From NCBI GenBank assembly GCA_951406725.2, contig OX597828.1:9672001-9736000 (forward strand): DNA of 64,000 nucleotides, in the 5' to 3' direction. The notes beneath the pieces are model-generated. The model was not told the DNA's origin. It was given only the letters and a program-made list of their open reading frames with translations, and ran no database searches. Position numbers and translations under genes: made by a program. Within the stretch, counting starts at the first letter, position 1. Each line of letters opens with the position of its first letter. Shown here in pieces: positions 40,061 to 53,889 of this stretch. This stretch comes from Octopus vulgaris (Eukaryota).

Positions 40061-41392
40061 ACCATATATAGACGTGTGTGTGCACGCGTGCGAGTATGCA
40101 TGTGTGTGTGTGAAAGTGACTCTCCTTAAGGAAATAATATAAGGGATTTTCTAATTTTAATAAAAGTACCCCATGATTCGTTTGATAATTTTATCCATGT
40201 TAATATGAAACAATCCGATCTATATTTCTGTGTGCACTCATATGTGTGTATTCATCAGAGTGTCTTTGTATGTGATGTGTGATCTTTTATGTGTCTAAAC
40301 AGTATAGTGTTTGGAATCAGGGACAAGTAACATTGTAAGCTACACACAATACATACAGTGTTGCTAGATTTATGATACGCAGGAAACGTCAGTAATAAAT
40401 TGTTAAACACAATTTCACAACTGTGAAGATATTTAACGAAAATCGTTGGAAATTTATATACTTGAACATGAGTTAATCCCTAATAATTTATCAATGATTT
40501 ACGAAGCCGCATGATATCCTAGATATCTGAAGTAAAGAATTAAATTAACTTCGTGTAAATAGAAGCTGACACGATGTACACAAAGCTGCGCAAAACAAGC
40601 GGATTTAGCGGATAATCTGATCTTTAGGGGAGCGGCAGATATGATCGGCTGACCTTCTCAGTGACTTATTCATAACAAAGCATAAAACCATCATAAATTG
40701 AGGTCAAATGATCAAAAACTCTAGTCTACTATTAAAGGCGCATTCCAGGAAAAATAGATTTTTAACAAATCAATAAGCAATAAATCATAGATGAAGCATA
40801 TTTTTGCCTAATTAAGCTGTAAATTGAACATTGATCTACTGAACTAGTATTGATTCCTTTATTTCTTGAGCCAAAGCATCATTTTTTTAGTGACTTCTTA
40901 AACAAAACAATGTCAAACGAACAGGATAGATAGTAAGAGATAGACACATACATAGACAGTTACATATGCACATATAAGCGTACGTTTCTGTTTCTCTCAT
41001 TCTCTCTGTATATTTATATATATATGTATGTATATATGAAATTCCTGTTATGTTAAACTGACGTATGTCCAAATGTGGGCAAATGCGTTTTTTTTTAATA
41101 ACCGGTTCTTTTGGTTAAACTGTTGTATCTCCATCGGCCTCAGATGAAAAATGTGAAAGGGTAGAACAACGGTTTAACATTTTTCGAAAGTGTAGTAAGC
41201 CTCACAAGTGACAGTTTTGCAAAATTATTTCTGCCTGAACATATCAACCATGCATGAGTTACGATTTTATGGACCCAACAAAATATTATTGTTTAGCTGA
41301 AACTGTTGCGAAAAGAAATGGGATGGTGAAGGTACATTTTCCCTTTCTGACAATCAAGGTTTTGGACTTAAGACAATTTTGCATGATATCAA

Positions 41393-41438
<46 letters not shown>

Positions 41439-41726
41439 CCGTGATCACCGTAACCGACCAGGCTATCAGATGTTTCTACACATCGCTGATCACAATGCGC
41501 TTCGCATTGTTTTAGCCTTCAAATGACGCCACTCCGCTGGCTAAGCGAGCAGGCCAACAGAAGAAAGAGTGAGAGAAAGTTGTGGCGAAAGCTTACAGCA
41601 GGGATCACCCCGCCTGCCGGACCATCGTGGAGCTTTTAGGTGTTTTCGCTCAATAAACAATCACAACTACCGGTCTGGGAATCGAAACCACGATCCGCTG
41701 CCCTAACCACTGGGCCATTGCGCCTC
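41439..41726 (-). mobile_element. SINE family C (tail type 2)
   Basis: Same head and body as 9275-9466 with a different tail (41439-41555); lies between (TA)n and (CA)n. Confidence 0.88.
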
Positions 41727-41784
<58 letters not shown>

Positions 41785-42279
41785 GTTGGTCAGTTCCTTA
41801 AATGTGCTTTCCTTAATGTATCTATCCACGACAGCATTTATCTTATAGATACATCACATTACATTACATTGATGAATGTAACTCAATCGAAAGCTTTCGA
41901 TGAGACCCGCCATCAATTTTTAGCAGTTGCCTGTTAGAAGGTTAGTTTTGAACCCGTTTTAGACGCTGTATTACTGTAAATTATAGACATTGCCCAGTGG
42001 TCAGTGTAGACTGTCACCTTTTAGAAATGTCCAGTATCATGCGTTCCGTATAATTAGGGTTTTGCAAAATTTGCTTCACCACATACCGAAATTTTGAAAG
42101 AGCAGTTAAACTTCTATTCTACTACCATAAAACATCTCCCAGACAGCAATACTCAACAACACACGCAGGTAAGGGGAAACAAAAATAACGAATCCACCCG
42201 GCTCAGATTAACTGTAAACTCTAAAAATACTAGGGCAGATGTTGGACATATCTTAAGGCTATCCGTGATAACTTGGATG

Positions 42280-42850
42280 CATAAGAGCCGAGTTTGGTAT
42301 GCATATACGTCACTTATGTGATCACACAATAAACACATCGAGATAATAAGCACTACGTTACAGGAATTTGAGGAGGTGGCAGAAGAAAGGATATGTTCAA
42401 TTATTCGGTGTCCAGATCTCTAAGTGGACAAGAGTTGGGAAGCGATTACGGGCAGTGTGGCTAGTCTCAGCCATTAATTGGCCGAGAGAAAACTATTCCT
42501 GAAAGGTTGTGGGGGAAGACCTATATCGCATCTGTCATGTACTACTCTCTGACTGTTGTACCTTGCGGCGATCCATAGATAACCTGAACAGAATGCATGT
42601 TCTGCTTTCTGTGGAGAAACTGTGTTCCACTTATCACACACAATTTGCTGTCAATCATTCGCTGCCTGGATGACTGTTTATACTGGTCATAGACGAAATT
42701 ATTGCGGCAGACATGTGCTGAGGCCAGCGTTTCGTTCACAGTGAGCAGGTATAATCTGTCTTTGCTAAATATGCTTTATTTAAATGTGTTTTATTGGTAT
42801 AGATGCAGTCCTGTTTCAAGCGGAGTGAGGAGCGATTGCCAGCTTTGTCT
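42280..42850 (+). mobile_element. Degenerate L1/Tx1-clade RT C-terminal fragment
   Basis: KHIEIISTTLQEFEEVA, PDL*VDKSWEAITGSVASLSH*LAERKLFLKG, LTVVPC, FCFLWR. Confidence 0.7.
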
Positions 42851-43280
42851 TACATATTATTTCATTTCTGTGGCTGTGTGCTAATAATTCTTAACATTCT
42901 AGCGATCTTAAACATCTTTGCTTTTTCAGTATTGTTAATTTCCGTGGTGACTTTCCTTAAATTCAGCAATTATTATTTACTATTCACCATTGCACTCTGC
43001 CTCCCGTGCTCCAGATTCTTCTCAGTCACTTTGAATTCACATTCTAGCTAAAATCCCAGTGCCTCCTTTTTAATAATGCACGTATGAGAGCACATATGGT
43101 CTTTCTGTGCTAGCTTACTGTATTAACTTAAGTGATATTTTATGTTTTGTTATTACAAATTAGGTTTTTAGTATTATTATCATTATATATATATATATAT
43201 ATGTACATACCATGTATATTACATGTATAGACACGCACACATACACACACACTCTCTCTCTTTCTCTCACACACACATAT

Positions 43281-43627
43281 TAGGAGAGGCTGTGAGGTAA
43301 GAAGGCTCCTTCACAATCACATGGTGGTTAGGACATTCCTCTCACGATCTTAAGTTGGGCAATTCAATTACCAGCGACGCGTTCTGTCCTTGAGCAAGAC
43401 ACTTTATTTAACGTTGCTCCTGTCTACTCAGCTGGCAAAAAAGAGTCGTACCTGTATTTCATAGGGTCGACCTTGTCACGCTCTGTGTCACACTGAATCT
43501 CCCTGAGAACTACGTTAAGTGTACACTTATCTGCAGATTGCTCGGCCACTTGCAAGTTGATTTCACGAGCAAGCTGTTCTGTTGATCGTATCAGCTGGAA
43601 CCCTCGTCGTCGTAACCGACGGAGTGC
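43281..43627 (+). mobile_element. CORE-type SINE, local family D, fused to a family A head fragment
   Basis: A-like head 43281-43325; then TGGTGGTTAGG head, CORE GTCCTTGAGCAAGACACTTTA, tail GCTGGAACCCTCGTCGTCGTAACCGACGGAGTG. Confidence 0.75.
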
Positions 43628-44452
43628 TCCTCCTTATAAATATATATATATATATACATATATACACCCATTTATATTTTGTCAGTAAGATTACATAGCG
43701 TGTTGTAAATTTTCTATATTACGTAATACATTTAATTCTTCGAATATATTGATTACTTTTATGAAATTATGAGACATATAAGCATTAGCGCGCTTAGAAT
43801 GGATATTATTCCCAATGAATATATCAATTTGGAGGCCTATTAAATTTGGAATTTTTTGGACATTTAACTCCAATGTTTACATCAATTGTTGTGTAGCATG
43901 TTCTTTTTTATGCGGAAGATACTTAATTTTATAGTAATTTTTATTATTTCGATACATTATCTCTGATGCTAAAGCATTGTGAGGTGAACTGCACGGCTTT
44001 TAATAATAGGAGATTATTTATGGAACCATAGTAGAATATAGCATAGAATTAGGTGAGTTTTTTATGTTTTATTTTCAATAATTTTTTTTATCAATAGTTT
44101 CTAAACCTATATATTTCCGATGTAATGTAATATTTTTGTCTCAAAGAATCTATCTATAATATACGTTGACTTGTTGGTTTTATCTATAATGTTTTCACTT
44201 ATTCTTCTCAGTTCTGATCTAAATAGATTTACAAGTCTAGTGTTTAGGTTATTCAGAAAATTGAGTTTATTTTCGTTTATAGCATTATATGGTATTCTTT
44301 ATGGCTAGATTTTTGCTATTCTCTTTTATATAAGAATTTATGACATTAGCCACGTGAATTCCAAAATATAAAGTAATATTCGTAATTTGGTTTAATTGTT
44401 AGTAATACTGTTTGTTAATATAGTATTAAAAGTTCTATAAACACAGACTCCT

Positions 44453-44522
<70 letters not shown>

Positions 44523-44531
44523 GTATGTATA

Positions 44532-44566
44532 TTGGCCTCCTCGCTTAGCCAGCGGGGTGGTGTCAT
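44532..44566 (+). mobile_element. 35-bp internal fragment of the family C tail type 2 inside a TA-rich tract
   Basis: TTGGCCTCCTCGCTTAGCCAGCGGGGTGGTGTCAT is a near reverse complement of 41523-41557. Confidence 0.75.
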
Positions 44567-45453
44567 ATATATTTCATTGTACTTTTGAATGTAACGTAAA
44601 ATTGTCTGGTATGTATTTATACATACGAGAGAATAAAAATGCCTATCTGTCTACATTAAGTGCGTAATTCAGTCTCTGAAAAAGTAATAAGTTAAAACCA
44701 TTGCTTTCACACCTATCCATCTATGGGCAAAAATAGGTATGGATCTGGTTAGTTACAAATTTATGAAAGAATTAATTGTTCCTCGCAGTCCAATATAAGT
44801 AAAGTGACATGAAGCACGCTGACACCAAATTTGAGTTTAATGAAACACGAATTAGTAACATTTAGAGTAATTACAATTTATTCACAAAATGTCTGTTGCG
44901 CCTCACTACTACTTAGTCACGCTAGCGGTTTGTAATTTTATGTAGCATAAACCCAGCAACTAAGCTATGTTCACGCTTCTATATAAAATATACACTTTGT
45001 TGCAAAAACTAATTTTCTTTACACTGATGTTACTTTCAAAATAGTTGAAACTAGAAAAATCGAATAATATTTTGATGAATGTATGACATAAATATTTTGC
45101 TAAATTTTCACACCGATGGTCATTTGTGTGATTATTTAAATATAACAAATGAAGTTTATTCTGTTTCAAATCGCTCAACGTGATTGCTATATAGTGCATT
45201 AAATGTAGTTTAAATTTGATTTTGTGCATATGTGTGTGAGTTAATAAATATAGAAAATACGCGCAGGTAAACAAAATATCTTATAATATGAAGAGGACAC
45301 AAGTGAACTATATATAAATTTAAATAAGTAACGCAAGTAGTGAAAGAATGGAAAGATTAAAAGGAAAATAAAGAATAAGGAACAAAGATTTTGTAAGCCA
45401 AATGTAATGAAATATTAACTATGTTTATCTTTCTATCTATCTATCTATCTATC

Positions 45454-45490
<37 letters not shown>

Positions 45491-45660
45491 TCTGTCTGTC
45501 TGCATGACTGCCTCTATGTATGTATGTTTGTATGTCTATCTATCTATCTATTTACCTATCTATTTATCTGTATTTCTGTTTCATTATCTATCCGTCTGTC
45601 CATCTATCAATCAATCAATCAATCTATCTATCTATTTAGCTATCTATCTATCTATCGGTC

Positions 45661-45743
<83 letters not shown>

Positions 45744-45811
45744 TATTTATATATATATATATTTGTGTGCATGTGTATTGGTTTACGTATTTAGGTAGAT
45801 GCTTGCGCATG

Positions 45812-45842
<31 letters not shown>

Positions 45843-46454
45843 TTGTGTTCTGTTAATTTTCTGTTTTTCAGTTTGATTTGTAATTGATTGCGTGTGATAA
45901 TATATTTTCCAAAAGCCATCAATATATTTCGACATCCGTATAATTGTTCTCAGCAAATATAATTATAATAATTAAGAAAGTATTTGATTACTGAACGAAC
46001 ATATTCAATATCATATTTGTCCTTATAAACTGATTTTTCTTTCTCATATATTACTCGCCCTTAAGGGACACTCCGAGTTCTCGGTATTGTTAGTGGTCAA
46101 GGTATATTTTAATTTATTGTCTTTACTAAGTTCAGAAATTTACTTAACATGGCTAATATACTACACTTTTAATCTTTCTTTTCTGAATCGATTGTCGCAA
46201 CGTATATTATGAAACCGTACAACATTTGTAAAATGAATTGCATTTTGATTATAGTAGTTAAGAACTTCGATATTATTAATCATATGATATATGAATATTT
46301 TGTATGCCTGCAATTTTGATCATGCTACCTTGCATTTCGTCCGTCTTCTTAGCTAAACACAGAGGTCGATGTTATCGACTAGCGCCAAATTCCCGTGTAT
46401 TTCAGGGTTTGTTCTCTGAAAGGATTTGTATAATCATTACACTGGTTATGCCAA

Positions 46455-46880
46455 ATGGTGAGCTGGCACACAGGTCAAAATGTTTAGCGTTATTTTGTCC
46501 TTCTCTATGACCTTATTCCATATTCCCACAAGGTCGAATTTGCTATTCATACTTTCGGGTTCATGTAATAATAGCGCTTGAGTCGATGCAAACGACTACG
46601 TCCTCCCTTGCAATTTTTCGCTTTGCATCAAAATTTGACAGTACTGCCATTATTAAAATGACTCTACTACGTGGTGTGCTGGCCAAATCACTAGAGCATT
46701 AGATGATATGTTTAACTGTACTTATTTCTAGCGTCAAGGATCTAAGTTCAAACCCTCCGAAGTTAACTTTGCCATTCATCTTTTTAGGGTGGAAAAATAA
46801 AGTACCCGTTACATACTAGTGACGATGTAATCAACTAGCTCATGTTACAAAAAGTGCTGGTCATATACCAGAATTTGAAG
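46455..46880 (+). mobile_element. Two adjacent, highly decayed family B SINEs
   Basis: GGTGAGCTGGC/GGTGTGCTGGC heads and TTTGC..TTCAT..TTT.GGGT central segments at 46455-46632 and 46671-46880. Confidence 0.6.
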
Positions 46881-47091
46881 CAGTATACTGGTTAAGAACC
46901 GCTTTTCGAATTTATTCCAACCATTCACATACTGATTTTAAAGGACTAGGTCGAATTTTAGTGAGATTCTGTTGTTTATTCTAGCATGCTGACCAACGCG
47001 CAAATAATTTTCAAAAGCTAATTTGCTTTCGTTTTCATTAGTTCCGAAATGTTTCAAATCAAATACATGAATAAGAAAATTTTCCTATCAG

Positions 47092-47249
47092 TCTTTGTGT
47101 TCTGAGTTTAAATTCCGACGAGTGCAACTTTGCCTTTCATCTTTTCGGGGTCGATAAATTAAGTACTAGTTGCGTACTGATGTCGATCAAATCGACTGGC
47201 CCCTTCCCCCAATATTTCGGGCCTTGTGCGTTGAGTAGAAAGGAATATT
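47092..47249 (+). mobile_element. 5'-truncated family B SINE with alternative tail
   Basis: TTCTGAGTTTAAATTCCG..GCCTTTCATCTTTTCGGGGTCGATAAATTAAGTAC..CCCTTCCCCCAATATTTCGGGCCTTGTG. Confidence 0.85.
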
Positions 47250-47357
47250 CTAGTGATATCCATTTTCGTTCAACTTTAATGTGATATATACATGCGTACA
47301 TATATGCATACATATATACATACATGCATACGTACATTCATTCATAAAAAAACATAC

Positions 47358-47433
<76 letters not shown>

Positions 47434-47437
<4 letters not shown>

Positions 47438-47625
47438 GTTGAATACTGTCAACTTAATGTGACAGTCCCATGAAGGGAATCACCCACCGCTATTTAGCAC
47501 TTGGAAGCGTTGATGCTTCCTAGGGCTAAATAGCGGGAGTGTCACATTAAGTTGACAGTATTCAAGTACTCTATCGTACCACTACTGCTTATATCTCTCT
47601 GAGATATTTAGAAATGTAATAGTTC
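47434..47625. mobile_element. Fold-back element in (TA)n: 137-bp hairpin with one arm extended
   Basis: 47434-47464 and 47540-47570 inverted (30/31); 47487-47498 and 47525-47536 inverted (12/12); apex GGAAGC GTTGAT GCTTCC; TA tracts on both sides. Confidence 0.8.
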
Positions 47626-48478
47626 TATATATATATAGGGTTCGCAAGAAAGAAATTTCGTTTTTCGCAAATAGTGTTCTGAAGTTTTTGATAGACTTTT
47701 ATCAACCTTATGTTTTTTCCTTCTCTCTCTCTCTGTCTCTCTGTCTCTCTCTCTCTCTCTCTCACTCTCTCTGTCTCTCTGTCTCTCTGTCTCTGTCTCT
47801 GTCTCTTTCTCCCTGTTTTCTCTCTTTCCTCTTCTCTTCCGTTTTTCTTTCTTCCACCACTTCTTTTTCTTTTTTCTTTTTTCTCTTTCTACTTCTTTTT
47901 CTAACTCGCTAGAACTAATTTGTACTTTTAGAAATACGTATGTGTGCTTATATATGTACTTAGATACCTATATACACATTCGTATTTGTATATTTTTACC
48001 TGTATTTGTTTGTATATGTGTATAGGCATGTACCACCGTTTGTAAATTTACAGTATATATGTATATCTTTTTTGTATGTCTATGTTTAAGTAAATTTACA
48101 TGTATACTTATGATGTTAGTTCTTTGTAAGTGGATATTTTTTTTTATTATAAAGTGGCATAAATTAAAATTTTTTTTATCATTAATTAATTTCCCCTGGG
48201 TACACAGATTTTTATCCTACTAGTAAAGCTAATTTTTGATTTAAAGTTTCCTTCGATTTTGATTTTAAATCGTGATATAACCGGTTATTGAAAAAGCCGT
48301 TAGTGGAAAGGATCAATGAAATAAAACCACTATCAATTGTGCATCTATCAATATATTGTGTATTTGTACATATAAAGTTATTTTTCAGTTCCATTCTCAA
48401 ACAAAACTATCCACAAGGAAGGGAACGTGACACTGTGAGCAACAATTTCTGCGAAGTTTCTGCGGCTTTTTTAATAAA

Positions 48479-48550
<72 letters not shown>

Positions 48551-50047
48551 CGGAGATTGAAAATATTTTGCCAAATTGAATTTAAATATTGAAGTGAATC
48601 GAACGGTTTTTGTGTGTTTCTTAAGTGGCTTAAAAATACCTTCCATGCTGCAATTGAGTTATATATATATATGTATGTATATATATAAACATTAAGGTAA
48701 TCCACTCCATACTACAAACGAGACGCTCTTAATTTTGCTAGAAATCAATGTAATTAGTAGACAACGTGACCTATTTGAAACATTACTAAAAATGCCGAAT
48801 TCTTTACGAAATTATTTACTTTTAAATGTCTAAAACAGTATCTTACCATGTAATGTGTGCGATAGTAGGTTTTGTTAGATCTACTGAGCCCCACTGAGCC
48901 TTCGGTTAGTAATACAATGCATCTTGCACATTAACAGGATAAGAGCATATAGTGATAGTTACACATTTTTTAACTGGTCACTTGCATTGTCATTGATAAT
49001 GTTATTTACATCCTATTTAAAATTGATAGCTCATATTTCCAACCGTGGCCTCAAAGTATTTGTGTTTACGAGTAATTAGATTCTCAGATGTATATTTTTA
49101 TTTTTCAAACCGTATTCGTAGCTTGTGTTTGTGGGGTATTTTTATTGCGCGTGTGTGTGTGCATGGTATCAAAAATTTTACCTGATATATTTTGTGGGTT
49201 GATTCACCAACTGCACTTTCTCTTGTTGGTTCGTTTAGTACTGTTTTTACTTGTTAAACAATATATTCAGTCATGTCTAGCTTAAGAAAGTGACATGTGA
49301 GCAGTCTATATTTACAAGTACAGCTCAGGGCTGTACTTAACAGGAGCTCTCTATAATAAAAACAGTTCTCTGTATTGAGTTGTTTAGAAGACAGGATACG
49401 TAATGGCCATTTCAATCGTATCATTATAGACCTAAGTAGTTTCGACAAGAACGAACTGTACATTGCTAAGGCTTAACATTACTCAAGCAATCGTAACCTC
49501 GATTACAGGTGTAGAACAGTATATTACATAGCACTAGAGGATATTCCTATTGACATTCATTTTATTACATCTCACGAACCAACCCATATTGTTTACAGCA
49601 AATACAATAAAATGCCTTAGTTTCAAACGTTCAATGAATATGTTTACATAGACCCCCCCTCCCCGGAAGCGCATATATTCTCTTATGTCAATCGAAAAAG
49701 TTATGAACCTTCTGACACCTAGGTCATATATTCTCAAGCATCATTCAAGCCAAGAAAGGAATGCCAAATACAACTTCATTGCTTTTTCGTTTGTTAGAAT
49801 TGTTTGCTTTTTTCTTTCGCGTGTCATTTCGTTTACGTTACTTTTTGTTGTTTCTCTCATTATATATTCTAAAATAAATCGATTACATATTTATTAATCA
49901 TTGATAATTTGGATAAGCAATCCAAACCAGATCATCTCGTGGTGAGCAATTATGGTTAAAAATTAACATCTTTCCTCGCTCTATTTATTTTTACGAAATA
50001 TTTCATTCTTTCATTCTGTATTATCTTCTTTCTGTCTCTCACACACA

Positions 50048-50084
<37 letters not shown>

Positions 50085-50654
50085 TTCTGGATATCTCTTT
50101 ATGTTATTTATTCTTTCTAAATCCGTTTACATTTCTTAAATATTTAGTTTGTTATCTCTCTTTAAATCCCACTTTGCTGTTTATCCAATAATCTTCTTTT
50201 CCAAATATCTTTCTCTTTTCGTTTCTTTATTTCGCTTTGTCTTATTTATGTCGCTATATGAGTTGAAGACACATGAATGTTTTTTATATGCGTGTACGTA
50301 CCCATGTCTACAGATGTATTCATTTCGAAATTTTCAGTAAGAAACAGTATAAAGCGTTGTCAGAAACCTAGAAGTAAATCAGATTTAAAATGAAACTGTG
50401 GATCTTCTGCAGAGACTTTCGGTACCTAAATGCATGCAATAGTTCATGGTAAATGTTATGTGCTTATGAACCAACCGTATACTTTGAATCCATCTTGCTA
50501 GCAAAGTATGTGTTTTTGTGCGATTCGGTGTGCGTTCGTGCGTGCTTGTTTGTATATGTGTGTGTGTAAGGATTTTGTGCTCGTGTAATTTCTAGGATTC
50601 TGTATGTACACATACACGTTATACGTTATATCTATATCTATATCTATATATATA

Positions 50655-50755
<101 letters not shown>

Positions 50756-50814
50756 AATGTTTAGCATAATGAGATAAAAAAACCAAGAGTGTTTAAACAT
50801 GTATAGATAGAAGT

Positions 50815-50846
<32 letters not shown>

Positions 50847-50880
50847 GCACTCCATCGGTTACGACGACGTGGGTTCCAGT
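50847..50880 (-). mobile_element. Orphan 3' tail of family D or its partner LINE
   Basis: GCACTCCATCGGTTACGACGACGTGGGTTCCAG is a near reverse complement of the family D tail near 43595-43627. Confidence 0.75.
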
Positions 50881-51047
50881 AACTTATATCGTCTAATTTT
50901 TGTTATTGTTGTTGCTATAATCTTTGTCGACATTATTGCTTTTGCCCACATAACGGCCCGAATCAGTCAAGCCTGCGATCAAACGCACTCCTTATGCTAT
51001 CATTCACTATCATCTTACACCCTCTATCTCTCCCTCCCTCCCTCCCT

Positions 51048-51081
<34 letters not shown>

Positions 51082-51499
51082 CATTCCCTTTATACTTTTC
51101 GGATATTCCATATTTTATATGATATGATATTATAGCAGGTTACACATGCATTTACATATCAGGTAGTCGATTATAATTTGATTCGGCTTTTGATGATAGT
51201 ATGGCACCATCACGGAAAACACAGCTGTATGATTTTTCTTTCATTATTGTCCATATTTAGTCGTTAGTCTGATAATTTTGTGTCAGTAATGGGTCGAATT
51301 TGATGGTAAGTAAAGTATCTGTTTAGTCATTTTCAAAAATTTCCAGCGGGCTCAAGAGTTACGTTGTCCAAATCTCAGAGCATTCTATCGAGACATTTTT
51401 GCTTGCTGTGAGATTTTTTTTTATTAATACGTGCAGATTGGTGTGAATGTCAGTGAACAAACAAATATGATGTATTATCAATATATGGACAGGGTTTGT

Positions 51500-51768
51500 G
51501 TGTTCCTTCTCGAGCCATCCCTGGCTTATAGGTGCCCCACCTGGACGGGACGCCGAACCGTCGCAGGTAAACTGCTAGATGCAGGTGGAAAGAGTGAGAG
51601 AAAGTCGTGGCGAAAAAGTCAGCAGAGGTTCGCACTTACCTTCTTTCGAAGCCGCGTAGAGCTTAGGTGTTTCGCTCATAAAAACACACATATCGCCTGG
51701 TCTGAGATTCGAACCTGCCACCCCTCGACTGCGAGTTCGCTGCTCTAACCACTAGGCCATGTGTCTCC
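51500..51768 (-). mobile_element. SINE family C (tail type 1), diverged
   Basis: Shares CTGGACGGGACGCC tail segment and head with 9152-9466. Confidence 0.8.
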
Positions 51769-51918
51769 ACATGTGGCCAGTGTAGACCTAATCAATTATT
51801 CTATGTCCACATCGCGAATATTGGTTTTGTAAAAACGTCAGATTATAAAGGCCTAAGTATATATGCACACCGGAAAATGAGAAGAGGCGTCTACCCAATA
51901 TTCATTTTACTTATTTTA

Positions 51919-52115
51919 AGGCAGCGAACTTTCTCAGGTATTGACATAGGACAAAATATTCAGCGCTATTTCGCCTGTCCTTACATTCTGGGTTCAAATT
52001 CCGTCAAGGTTGGCTTTACCTTTCATCCTTTCGGAGTCGATAAAATAAATACTAACTGTGCACTAGGCTCCCTCCCCAAAATTGCTGGCCTTGTGACAAA
52101 ATTTCGAACCAATAT
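51919..52115 (+). mobile_element. Family B SINE with alternative tail, diverged
   Basis: TTCTGGGTTCAAATTCCG..CCTTTCATCCTTTCGGAGTCGATAAAATAAATAC..CCTCCCCAAAATTGCTGGCCTTGTG. Confidence 0.8.
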
Positions 52116-52229
52116 ATATCTGATTCATAACAGTTATTTTGAGCAATGTTATTGTACTGCAATATTATAGGAAATTCGTTTTCACTGAAATTAGTTTTGA
52201 AAAATAAGTTTTGAAGTTTTGTGTGCATC

Positions 52230-52632
52230 GGCGCAGGAGTGGCTGTGTGGTAAGTAGTTTGCTTACCAGCCACATGGTTCCGGGTTCAGTCCCACTGCGT
52301 GGCAGCTTGGGCGAGTGTCTTCTACTATAGCCTCGGGCCGACAAAAGCTTTATGAGTGGATTTCGTAGAGGGAAACTAAAAGAATCCCGCCGTATATATG
52401 TAGATGTATATATTTGTGTGCATGTTTGTTTGTCAGTGTTTGTCCCACAACATTGCTTGACAACAGATGCTGGTGTTTTACGTCCCCGTAACTTAGCGGT
52501 TCGACAAAAGAGACCGATAAAGTAAGTACTAGGCTTACAAAGAATAAGTACTGGGGTCGATTTGCTCGACTAAAGGCGGTGCTTCAGCATGGCCGCAATC
52601 AAATGACTGAAACAAGTAAAAGAATAAAAGAG
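52230..52632 (+). mobile_element. SINE family A
   Basis: Full-length copy. Confidence 0.92.
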
Positions 52633-53169
52633 TATATATATATATGATTTGCCTGCGTGCACTATTTGCAGCAGTATATTACACTGAATAACCTTAAGGT
52701 GTCACTGTAGGGCATGAGAAAATAGAATTTAGATACATTCGCATTTTGTCAGTAGAATGATAAATGCGTTTGTGGGAACAAGAAGAATTCAATGAAAAAA
52801 TTAGCGGGTGTTCTTGTAAGAATTTAGATAAATTTGGTCGTGTAGCTAAACTTTAAGCTAAATGAATAAGTTTAAGAATGCTACGTAAAATAAAATGTGA
52901 AGAAAATATTTGGGTGTTGGAGTAATGGAAATGAAATACGGTACTAAGGTGGATCTTATTTTAAGAAATATTTCTATTTAACTTGCAAGATATTTTGACT
53001 CGTCACAGAACCCCGAGCATTTCGGCGCTTTTACCTTCTCGTCCTGAGTTCCCATTCTGGCTTTTGATTTATGTTTATCTCTATTATTCTCGATCTATCA
53101 TTCTTATTGTCTACAATATTTTACTGTATTACTAATTTCTCTTGTTTTCGTATCCGTATATTTCATTTC

Positions 53170-53239
<70 letters not shown>

Positions 53240-53853
53240 TTATAGGCGTACACACTCATTTATCTTCTACTCTCACTTGTTTCCCTGTCTATCTCTCGTT
53301 TGCTCTTCTACTATTACTAATTATCTCCATTTAGAAAACTCTGTCTTTGAATTTTCCCTCCCTGCTTCTCAAATATTTTCTTTCTTGTTAATATCTAATG
53401 TACGGTCTTCTTTTATGTTTCTTTGTATTTAGTCTCTCTTCTGTCTCTTTCGAACTGTTATTTTTACTCACCATCGCTCCCTTTGTCTCTTTTGAGTTCC
53501 TTTCACCTGAGTCATTTTGTGTACCTTTTCCTCCTTAACATCCGATTCGTTTCCTTTGTCTTTATCATCCATCGTCTTTCTCATATCTCATACTCAAATC
53601 AACTGACATTGAACCTTTCTCTCTCTATGTCTACCACTGTCTGTATATCTATATATCAGTATCATAGTACTTATCTCCATCCTCTCATCTCACCCATCTA
53701 ACAGATTCTTGTCTCGTATCATTTTCTCAATGATCTCCACCTCTTCCAATCTTTTCACATCTGTAGCAGTCTCAATCGCCACAATTCTACTCTGCATTCT
53801 CACATTTAAATTAAACTCGTCCTCCACCTCTCACGTGAGTTCTCCATATCAAT

Positions 53854-53889
<36 letters not shown>

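Noticed and set aside
47637-47710. Possible mariner TIR after TA
   Set aside because: No partner TIR or transposase sequence found in the window
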